Source: Candidatus Ozemobacteraceae bacterium (GTDB lineage Bacteria; Muiribacteriota; Ozemobacteria; Ozemobacterales; Ozemobacteraceae). Taken from it: a stretch of 64,000 nt of DNA. The stretch covers positions 192,001 through 256,000 of the forward strand of contig OZ223236.1 of the NCBI GenBank assembly GCA_965140445.1, in the 5' to 3' direction. Below are positions 46,103 to 54,170 of this stretch, piece after piece (the first letter of the stretch is position 1; every line of letters begins with the position of its first letter). The notes below the pieces were generated by a model. The model had not been told where the DNA came from, did no database searches, and was given only the letters and a program-made list of their open reading frames with translations. Made by a program: the position numbers and the translations under genes.

Positions 46103-48717
46103 CAAAAACAATAAAAACAGATACTTCTCGAATAAAACTTCTTTCGCTTATCACCCTCCTTTCTGGAATGAGCGGAATCACCTATGAAGTTTTATATTTA
46201 AGAATGCTTGAACTACACTTTGGCAATATTTTCAGCATCACCGCCTCAATATTGAGTACATTTCTCCTCGGAATTGCCATTGGCTCTGTTTGCGCATTCA
46301 AACTTCACAAGTATCTTCCATTTTTCCAAATGGGAATCGGGGTTTATGCAATTTCATTTTTGCCAGGCCTGGAATTTATTTCAAATTCCTCCGCTGCTGA
46401 TTTTCTTATAAACCATGACATAGCATCAATTGTGTTTTTATTGGCAATACCAACCTTTCTGATTGGAACCAGCGTTCCATTGTTTTCCGGGTATCTTAAA
46501 CAGCTGGCAGGGGAAAGCCATTCCTTTTTAAAGGTTTATTCTGTATATAATTTTGGCTCTTTTTTGAGCATTCTTGCAGTTGAGTTTCTTTTGTTAAGAA
46601 GCATGGAAATTTCAAAAAGTGTGAGTTTGATCGGTGGGATAAATATCCTTTGCGGAGTTCTTCTACTGGCAAAGTTTTCTGATATAGCAAAATCCCCGCT
46701 TGAAACAAGCAATGATTCAAACAATAAACTTTTAGCGACAAAATCAAATATTTTACTTTTTGCTTCAAGTATTCTCAGCTCAACATTTCAAATGTTTTTC
46801 GCATCAACCTGCTTCCTGGTTTTCACACCGAACCATGAAAATTTCTCACTAAGCATAGCAATTTCACTTTTCGGGGTCGCAATTAGCCCATTTTTAGTAA
46901 AACGCTTTGATTTAAAATTTTTCCAGGTTTTATTGCTTATTCCAGTATCTCTTATTGTTGTTTTTCTGGCTTTCCCAGTTGTTCTTGCAAATATAGACAC
47001 TGTAATAATGGATTTTGGAATTGATAACTTTCTCTCCTCCTTTATCTTTGCGTCCATAATCGGGTTACTTCCTTTGTTATTTTATTCTGCAACGGTTCCA
47101 AGTCTAATGCGATCTGAAAACCTTGTAGAAAAAGAATCGGGAAACCTTCTATTCTGGTGTTGTCTCGGAAATACCGCTGGATACTTAGTTTACGCTTTAT
47201 TTATCCATGAGTCCGTTTCAGCAACCATATATTTAAGTATTTTAGGAATTTTAAGCATTCTTATTTCTGTCATCAGCGCGCCCGAAAAAATTCTTGGAGG
47301 ATGGAAGTACCTGGCTATTGCGGAAATTTTTCTTTTGTTGTTGATTCCTCTTTCATGGAATCAGAATCGTTTGTATGGTGCGCCTATTTTCAGATACTTA
47401 GACCCTTCCGGACAAGGCAAGTTCACCACCTACAAACATGGAACCGATTCGGTAACTGTTTTTCAAAATGATAAGCAGCAAAATCTTGCATACAACGGCC
47501 TTTTAAGCATTGTTTTTAAGGACGAAACAGGTCACATAAATGAATCCGAAACCATGCTTGGAGTAATTAGCAGCTGCTTCGCACGAAAAAAAGAGCAATT
47601 ATTGGTAACCGGCATAGGAACTGGAGTAACTTGCGGTGCGTTTGCCAGAATCTTTGCAAATTCAGAATTTGTTGAAATAAATCGTGCTTTTGCTCAATTT
47701 TACAAAAATTTCCCAGAAATTCATCGCAACACTTTTGATCGGGACAATGTAAAAGTCATATATGCAGATGGCAGAACCTACACCCAACGTAGCCGGAAAA
47801 AGTATGACATGGTCATGAATAATGTTTCTCAACCTGTGTTTTTCGGCGCATGCAAGCTTTTTACAACAGAGTTTATCGGAATTGCCAAAAAGAAATTAAC
47901 AGACAATGGAGTTTTTGTTACCTGGATTTCTTCTGGAATGGGCTCAGAGGGCATGAAATCAATTGTAAAATCAATTCATGAGAATTTTAAGTTTTGCGCC
48001 ATGGCTCATTATACTGGCGATTCTTACATTCTTGCGGCTTCAGATGCCCCCTTGGAATTCAATATCCCAGATTCTTTATTAAAAGATCAAGAACTCAAAA
48101 ATGACATATTGAGATGGGCATATCCCTTTTCTGTGGAAGAATTTCTGAAACTAAAACTCCTTTCTGCAAACATCTTTAATTCCGAGTCGGAAAACCTTAT
48201 CTCTAGCTGGCAACCCAACACCGATCAGTGGCCAATATTGGAGTTCGCCGCAAAAGACCAGGAGGATATATTTCTTCATAATATCAAGAAGTTTAAATAT
48301 TCTTTCATGGGCAACCCAATTACTAAAAAACCAGTTACGGAAAATGAGTTTAAATGCAGATTGTTAGACTACTCTCGCCACTTCCCAAATGGCTTTACCT
48401 ATCTATTTATTCAAGCAAATGCAACATTTCCGGATTACCTGAAAAATTTGCCTAACTGGATGGCAACTCAAATCGAAAAAAGAAAGCTTGAAGCAACAGA
48501 CCTTCTTATGTCTCTCGGAACACTATTTAAAATTGTCAAAAACAAAGAGCTTGAATATAAAACGATGGTTGAGCTCTGCACCTTAAAGCCTTACTATTTT
48601 GAAAGTCATAATGCTGCATATAAACTTGCACAAGAGCTTGGGCTGGAGTCATCTGCGGCAGTCTGGAAGTACAAAGCGTTTTTAATCTGGCCATTCTGGG
48701 AAGACGAATCCCACTAA
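46099..48717 (+). CDS. Second fused multi-TM/spermidine-synthase-like protein with helical C-terminus
   Basis: LSGMSGITYEVLY, LLVTGIGTGVT, VEIN, DGRTY, NTDQWPILEF. Confidence 0.85.
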   Translation: MTKTIKTDTSRIKLLSLITLLSGMSGITYEVLYLRMLELHFGNIFSITASILSTFLLGIAIGSVCAFKLHKYLPFFQMGIGVYAISFLPGLEFISNSSAADFLINHDIASIVFLLAIPTFLIGTSVPLFSGYLKQLAGESHSFLKVYSVYNFGSFLSILAVEFLLLRSMEISKSVSLIGGINILCGVLLLAKFSDIAKSPLETSNDSNNKLLATKSNILLFASSILSSTFQMFFASTCFLVFTPNHENFSLSIAISLFGVAISPFLVKRFDLKFFQVLLLIPVSLIVVFLAFPVVLANIDTVIMDFGIDNFLSSFIFASIIGLLPLLFYSATVPSLMRSENLVEKESGNLLFWCCLGNTAGYLVYALFIHESVSATIYLSILGILSILISVISAPEKILGGWKYLAIAEIFLLLLIPLSWNQNRLYGAPIFRYLDPSGQGKFTTYKHGTDSVTVFQNDKQQNLAYNGLLSIVFKDETGHINESETMLGVISSCFARKKEQLLVTGIGTGVTCGAFARIFANSEFVEINRAFAQFYKNFPEIHRNTFDRDNVKVIYADGRTYTQRSRKKYDMVMNNVSQPVFFGACKLFTTEFIGIAKKKLTDNGVFVTWISSGMGSEGMKSIVKSIHENFKFCAMAHYTGDSYILAASDAPLEFNIPDSLLKDQELKNDILRWAYPFSVEEFLKLKLLSANIFNSESENLISSWQPNTDQWPILEFAAKDQEDIFLHNIKKFKYSFMGNPITKKPVTENEFKCRLLDYSRHFPNGFTYLFIQANATFPDYLKNLPNWMATQIEKRKLEATDLLMSLGTLFKIVKNKELEYKTMVELCTLKPYYFESHNAAYKLAQELGLESSAAVWKYKAFLIWPFWEDESH

Positions 48718-49367
48718 GAAGGCTTTTGATCCAGTATTTTTATAACAAGAGGCTCAGAAATCACGGTTCCGTTGTCTCCAACTTTTCCAACTGCAATTTT
48801 CTGCGGCAAGAATTCCACATTACCAATACTGCCTGCTATCGTTTCTTCGAGCTCCATCCGAACTTTTTCATGCTCAAAATTTTCGGTGTTAATTTTTCCA
48901 AGAGTTAGATGTGGAGAATAAAGATCAAACAACCAGGGAAAACCATATTCATTAATGTTGGCAGTTTCTTTGATATCGTAATTATCAATACATTTAAGGT
49001 ATTTATCTCTAATCAATCCTTCTCTGAGAGGATTCAGGCACTTAATGACTAACGAATGTATATCCAATAATCCATCTGAGAGTTCTAAATCCCAAAACAC
49101 ATAGCCATCAGTTGTTATTCTGATCTTTGAAAAAGCCAGCTTTTTCAACTCACTTAATTTTAAAGAATTTGAAACCTGATTTACAATTTCATTTTTGTTA
49201 TGAGACGGGAAAAACCCCATATACAGAGTTACGTGGGGTCTCGCTTTTTCAGAGAAATCAATACTTGAGGAAAACTTCTTTACCAAAATCTGATTTAAGT
49301 TTTGGGCAAAAGAGATAATTTCCTCTGGTAAATCCAGGTAACAATCCAGATACAAAATCTCAGTCAC
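48714..49367 (-). CDS. 2H phosphoesterase superfamily protein
   Basis: Two HxT motifs: PHVTL and PHLTL; YGFPW. Confidence 0.8.
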   Translation of the reverse strand: MTEILYLDCYLDLPEEIISFAQNLNQILVKKFSSSIDFSEKARPHVTLYMGFFPSHNKNEIVNQVSNSLKLSELKKLAFSKIRITTDGYVFWDLELSDGLLDIHSLVIKCLNPLREGLIRDKYLKCIDNYDIKETANINEYGFPWLFDLYSPHLTLGKINTENFEHEKVRMELEETIAGSIGNVEFLPQKIAVGKVGDNGTVISEPLVIKILDQKPS

Positions 49368-50176
49368 TATCTAATTCCACCCGTTACCCAAAGACTATAT
49401 GCATCCATTGCATGTAATAACGGAGCTACGCCAAAATAAAAAACAAACAGGAAACCAATGCAAAGATATGGTCCAAATGGAATCATATGGCTCAAAGGCT
49501 TGTATTTTTTCCCATATCGAAGACGCTGATAGAGAATTCCGGAAACACCGCCAATTACCCCCAGGAAACTTGCAATAACAAGAGTTCCAATTACGCTTTG
49601 CCAACCTGTCCAAGCTCCAAAGGCCGCTAATAATTTAACATCACCGCCACCCATTCCTTCTTTCTTTAAGATAACAAGTGCGAGCCAACCAAGCCCCCAT
49701 AAGAATCCGCCGCCAACCAGGAAACCTATGAGACTATCTTTAAATTCAACACTAAAAGAGACGGGAGCATTGCCTGATTTAACCCAGGCCCAGCACAAAC
49801 CGGAGTAGAGTAAACCAGTCCAGCAGCCATTAATCGACAGGGTGTCAGGAATAATCAGATAACGAATATCTACAATCGTAATAATCATGCAACTAACAGC
49901 GAACAGCCAGGAAAGAGCGGCCTTCATTGAAAATCCCCAGGCTGCAACAGATAAACCCGCAACGATAACCGAAACAAGAATATAAACACGATCCTGAGTT
50001 CTTCCCGCGTTGTAACACCCGCGACGCTTTCCGCCTTCGCAGTCGGGACAATCTTTGTAGTCACAATGAAATTTTTCATGCCCTGGCCAGGCTCTAATTG
50101 CCCAACCAATATGACGACCAAGAAAAGCTCCTATAACAGCTCCAATAAGTCCCAATTGCCAGCTTAATCCTTCCAA
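49367..50176 (-). CDS. Prepilin peptidase (A24)
   Basis: VDIRYLIIPD, EGMGGGDVKL, IPFGPYL. Confidence 0.9.
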   Translation of the reverse strand: MEGLSWQLGLIGAVIGAFLGRHIGWAIRAWPGHEKFHCDYKDCPDCEGGKRRGCYNAGRTQDRVYILVSVIVAGLSVAAWGFSMKAALSWLFAVSCMIITIVDIRYLIIPDTLSINGCWTGLLYSGLCWAWVKSGNAPVSFSVEFKDSLIGFLVGGGFLWGLGWLALVILKKEGMGGGDVKLLAAFGAWTGWQSVIGTLVIASFLGVIGGVSGILYQRLRYGKKYKPLSHMIPFGPYLCIGFLFVFYFGVAPLLHAMDAYSLWVTGGIR

Positions 50177-51100
50177 TTATTTTTCCTCCGCCGGAATCCA
50201 TCCGTTCTTCTTAAAAATTCTTCCAAGCATTTTAAAAACAAGTTTTGCAGAGAAAAAATCAGAGGCAATATTTCCTGGGATTGGACAAAGCTCGACGACG
50301 TCAAATCCGACCACATTTTTTTCTTCAATTACCCGAGAAAGTAGCTCTAGAGTTGGATACCAAAGCATTCCACCAGGTTCTGGAGTTCCAACCGCTGGCA
50401 TTATAGAAGGATCAAATGCATCCAGATCAATAGTTATATAAACGTTGTCAGATAGGCGTTTTAAAACCTTATCTATCCATGAATTATCCTGGCTCTTACA
50501 AATATCATGAGCCCAGAAAATCCCATCGTGGCCACTTTCTTTTATAAATTTCATTTCATCAGCACAGGTGTTGCGGATTCCAACCTGCGTTATAGATGCT
50601 AGATCAATAACTCTTCTCATAACTGATGCGTGATTAAAAGGGGTGTTTTCGTAAGAATCTCTCAAGTCTGAATGAGCATCGAGCTGGAGAACAGAAAGAG
50701 AATCGCCATATTTTTCCTTAACAGCTTTTACTGGAGCGGTAGTAATACTGTGCTCGCCACCGAGGATTACCGGAAGCTTGCCGTCAGCGACAACCTCTCT
50801 TACAGCATTTTCTATATTGGCAAGAGTTTCGCCAGGCCCACGCATGTCTGGCTCCAGCTCTGGAAATGTATGAATACCACTCAAAAGGGGCTCGCACATT
50901 AAATCCAGGTCAAACAACTCAACCTGCCTTGAAGCCATAAGAATCGCCATTGGGCCTTCTCTGGTTCCGGCGCGATAAGAAGTTGTACTGTCATAAGGCA
51001 CTGGAATGATTACTGCTTTAGCATCTTCATAACCAGCATCCTCTTCAGCCAGACCAAGAAAATTGTAGCCACCTCTAAAATGTATTGATTCAAGGCTCAT
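50177..51100 (-). CDS. speB: Agmatinase
   Basis: GGEHSIT, DAHSDLRD, IDLDAFDPS..PAVGTPEPGG. Confidence 0.93.
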   Translation of the reverse strand: MSLESIHFRGGYNFLGLAEEDAGYEDAKAVIIPVPYDSTTSYRAGTREGPMAILMASRQVELFDLDLMCEPLLSGIHTFPELEPDMRGPGETLANIENAVREVVADGKLPVILGGEHSITTAPVKAVKEKYGDSLSVLQLDAHSDLRDSYENTPFNHASVMRRVIDLASITQVGIRNTCADEMKFIKESGHDGIFWAHDICKSQDNSWIDKVLKRLSDNVYITIDLDAFDPSIMPAVGTPEPGGMLWYPTLELLSRVIEEKNVVGFDVVELCPIPGNIASDFFSAKLVFKMLGRIFKKNGWIPAEEK

Positions 51101-51238
51101 TATTATTCTCCGCTAATGTTAGTGTGATTTTACAAGAAGAATAATAGCACAAACCCACAAGGATTTCAGTTTCAGGAAGTTCTGGCAAAAAGCATTTATT
51201 TTGATTACATTCTGGAAAAGAATATTTGGAGCGGCAGA

Positions 51239-52042
51239 ATGAAAGTAGTTAAATTAAGCGCACAAACTCAATTGGCTCTGGACAATCTGGAGGCAAACTT
51301 AAAGAAACTCGGAAAAGTTGCCATAGCTTACTCCGGAGGTATGGACAGCAGTTTCTTAGCAATAGTAGCGAAAAATGTATTAGACAAGAATTCTATTTGT
51401 CTCTTCGTAAAGTCTGAATTTATATCTGATCGGGAATCAAAAATAGCCTTAAAAACTGTTGAAGAGCAAAAACTATATTTACACATTGTTACTGCAAGTG
51501 TTTTAAACTTTGAAAAAATCACATGCAACCATTCTCAGCGCTGCTATCATTGTAAAAAAGCAATTTTTGAGCTGCTTCTTTCTCAGAAACCAGACGGCTT
51601 TATCCTTTGTGAAGGTTCTGTTACAGACGATTCGAGCGATTACCGACCCGGAAAAAAAGCTCTTGAGGAACTTGAGATTCTTAGCCCATTAGTTGAAGCA
51701 GGATTCAGCAAAGAAATGATTACAGAAGTTCTTGATTACTGGGAAATTAAAGCCGTTGCAAGGCCAGCGCAGAGTTGCCTTGCCACAAGAATAGCAACCA
51801 ACACAGAGATTTCATCCAAAAGCCTTCAGCAGGTAGAAAAAGGTGAATCAATACTGCGTGATGCGGGGATAGAAAACCTTAGACTAAGACACCATGGCGA
51901 AATAGCGCGTATAGAAGTAGATTCTATGGATATGTCTAGTGCTTTATCAATAATCGAGGCAAACTCTAAGAAACTTAAGGCACTTGGGTTTAAGTATATA
52001 ACTCTTGATGTGGATGGGTACAAAAGAGGATCTATGAATTAG
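51239..52042 (+). CDS. larE: LarE-family PP-loop sulfur transferase
   Basis: AYSGGMDS, RCYHCKK, DYRPG, SCLATRI, RLRHHGEIARIE, GYKRGSMN. Confidence 0.9.
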   Translation: MKVVKLSAQTQLALDNLEANLKKLGKVAIAYSGGMDSSFLAIVAKNVLDKNSICLFVKSEFISDRESKIALKTVEEQKLYLHIVTASVLNFEKITCNHSQRCYHCKKAIFELLLSQKPDGFILCEGSVTDDSSDYRPGKKALEELEILSPLVEAGFSKEMITEVLDYWEIKAVARPAQSCLATRIATNTEISSKSLQQVEKGESILRDAGIENLRLRHHGEIARIEVDSMDMSSALSIIEANSKKLKALGFKYITLDVDGYKRGSMN

Positions 52043-52114
52043 AGATTTTCATTTTCAATTGATTTCTTTAATTATTCTGACAAAAATAAAAAATTGTATT
52101 ATAATTAGGGTGTA

Positions 52115-52576
52115 ATGCGCTATATAAAAAGCTGTTATCGGAGTATTGTAAGTTTGATAAGCTATAAAATTTTTCCAGACTACAAACTAATTTTACTTTC
52201 TTACGAAGGTAAAGTTTCCTTTAGCGAATACAAAATTGCCATTAACGATCTTAGAGAAGATAAAAATTTTTCAATTGATTACGATGTTTTAACAGACATG
52301 ACGAATATCACCGAATCATTTTCGTTAGAAGATGTAAATACTTTTGCCAAATTTTCATCAACATTGTCCAAGCGTGATCAAAAAAGACTGAATGCGATTG
52401 TCACAATTAACGACCTGGATTTTGCTTTAAGTCGAATGTATGAAATGCTTTCTGAGCATAAAAACCCTTTCGAGATAAAAGTATTCAGGAATTTTGAAGA
52501 CGCATTAAAGTGGCTCAAAAATGATATTCCTGTTGAGCTGCTAACTATCCAAAAATCTGAATCAATTAAAATTTAA
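52115..52576 (+). CDS. STAS/SEC14 (SpoIIAA-like) domain protein; start uncertain
   Basis: LTDMT, AIVT...FALSRMY...VFRNFEDALKWL. Confidence 0.7.
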   Translation: MRYIKSCYRSIVSLISYKIFPDYKLILLSYEGKVSFSEYKIAINDLREDKNFSIDYDVLTDMTNITESFSLEDVNTFAKFSSTLSKRDQKRLNAIVTINDLDFALSRMYEMLSEHKNPFEIKVFRNFEDALKWLKNDIPVELLTIQKSESIKI

Positions 52577-52733
52577 CTCCAAAAATGCGGAGTTGTATGT
52601 CCGCTCACAAAAAGCATCAAAGGCAAACGAGCCAGATTTTCAGTTAAATCATTTGTCTATCTAAAAACCTTCAATCAATTTTTCACGAACTTCCAGCTAA
52701 TCTCCTAATGTGCAACAACTCAATTTAGTCTGG

Positions 52734-52762
52734 TTGACGGCATTTTAAAAACTTGCTATTCT
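52734..52762 (+). promoter_or_regulatory. Putative sigma70 promoter of the Sel1-srf operon
   Basis: TTGACG-17 bp-TATTCT with extended -10 TG. Confidence 0.6.
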
Positions 52763-52792
52763 TAGCCTATTCAGAGAGATACAGGGGAGAGA

Positions 52793-53929
52793 GTGATGAC
52801 CGATTCTCGCGAAAAGATTTTTAGCAGCTTGCTAGATCTTATTGCACTAAAGGATCCTACTGTTTTTCAAGATCCAGAGAACTTTGAGCAACTCATGCAA
52901 AAGAGTGGGAACTGGCCAGAAATGCCAGAAATCTCTGCGCTTAAAGCTGGCTTGATCGAAAGGTTCCCCTGGGAACTCCAAAAAGAACCCAATGGACTGG
53001 TAACAGCTAAATCAGCACAAATACTCAGCAAAAACCTGCAAAAAAAATATAACTTTGAAGATGAGGTTGCATATTGGGCAGTTGAATGCTGGGCAAAAAG
53101 CCTTGGATTAACACTTGAGAAACGGGTGCAAAATCTCAAAAAAGTTCCTGATAAACCTCAACAACAAACAGCCGCCCCACAGACTTCCGAACAGGTTCCT
53201 GTATCTGGATTTAGCGAAATAAACATAGGCCAAAGCCGATTAGGCTTAATCTTTGGAGTAGACGAGAAAGGCTTGATAAAAGTTTTCAAGTCCTGGTGGA
53301 GCCCTGAAAATGAAAGTGAAGCTGCGCGACTTGTCGCAACTTTTGTTAAATCTGAACCACCAAAAAACAGGCCTCTTTTTTCTGGAAGTCCAAAACCTGG
53401 AATCAGCAAAACTAATAAACCGATCCCAACTAAGAAGCCGGGCATTTCTCAGGTAAAAAACCCAGATTCCCAACAAAGCGTTTCTGCGCCGACAAAAAAA
53501 GATACCCACAATGCGTCTTCCATAGCACCAAAAGCCAATCATATAAGCCAACCGAAAGAGATCTCTGACCCAGCTTGTCAGAAGGCAAACGCCTTTTTAC
53601 CAGGAGGGGGCGGAAAAGTTAATATTCGGCAAGCTTTAAAATTACTTCAAGATGCTTCAAACAGTGGGTCAATGGCTGCAAGAAGAAAGATCGCGGAAAT
53701 TTATCTTAAAGGCATTGGAGTAAAGCAAAATTCCGAAGCCGCATCAAGATGGTATTTGTCAGCGGCAGAAAATGGCGACGCAGAAGCTCAATTTCAACTT
53801 GGCAGCCTTTATCAATGTGGCGTAGGAGTTCCCTTCAGCCTGGAGAAAGCCCAGGACTGGCTTCAAAAAGCAGCTAATCAGGGTCACATTGAGGCCAAAG
53901 AATTACTCAATCAATTGTTACAGGCATAG
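52793..53929 (+). CDS. Sel1-repeat protein with N-terminal helical domain
   Basis: AEAQFQLGSLYQCGVGV...AQDWLQKAANQGH; N-terminal AYWAVECWAKSLG. Confidence 0.85.
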   Translation: MMTDSREKIFSSLLDLIALKDPTVFQDPENFEQLMQKSGNWPEMPEISALKAGLIERFPWELQKEPNGLVTAKSAQILSKNLQKKYNFEDEVAYWAVECWAKSLGLTLEKRVQNLKKVPDKPQQQTAAPQTSEQVPVSGFSEINIGQSRLGLIFGVDEKGLIKVFKSWWSPENESEAARLVATFVKSEPPKNRPLFSGSPKPGISKTNKPIPTKKPGISQVKNPDSQQSVSAPTKKDTHNASSIAPKANHISQPKEISDPACQKANAFLPGGGGKVNIRQALKLLQDASNSGSMAARRKIAEIYLKGIGVKQNSEAASRWYLSAAENGDAEAQFQLGSLYQCGVGVPFSLEKAQDWLQKAANQGHIEAKELLNQLLQA

Positions 53930-53946
53930 CCTGTAGGAGGAATAAT

Positions 53947-54165
53947 ATGACGCAACCAGAAATATGTGTAAATCAGACTCTTCTGCTCTGGTGCGGAGTT
54001 GTAATTGTCGAAATATTTATTTTAGCGCAGTTGATGAGCTTTCCGTGGATTATCCTGTCGGGATTTATTTTAGTAAGCCCAATAAAAGCAGCTTTAAACT
54101 GGCCTAAACCACTGCAAACAAAAGAAAAAATCTCCACTGATTCAGAAAAAATCGAAGGTAAGTAA
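53947..54165 (+). CDS. Small two-TM membrane protein
   Basis: AGGAGG RBS; two hydrophobic segments; packed in operon. Confidence 0.7.
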   Translation: MTQPEICVNQTLLLWCGVVIVEIFILAQLMSFPWIILSGFILVSPIKAALNWPKPLQTKEKISTDSEKIEGK

Positions 54166-54170
54166 CACTA

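Noticed and set aside
52577..52730. c-di-GMP-I riboswitch upstream of the srf operon (AGGCAAAC seen)
   Set aside because: No GNRA-capped stem or second GCAAA element, and it lies upstream of the predicted promoter
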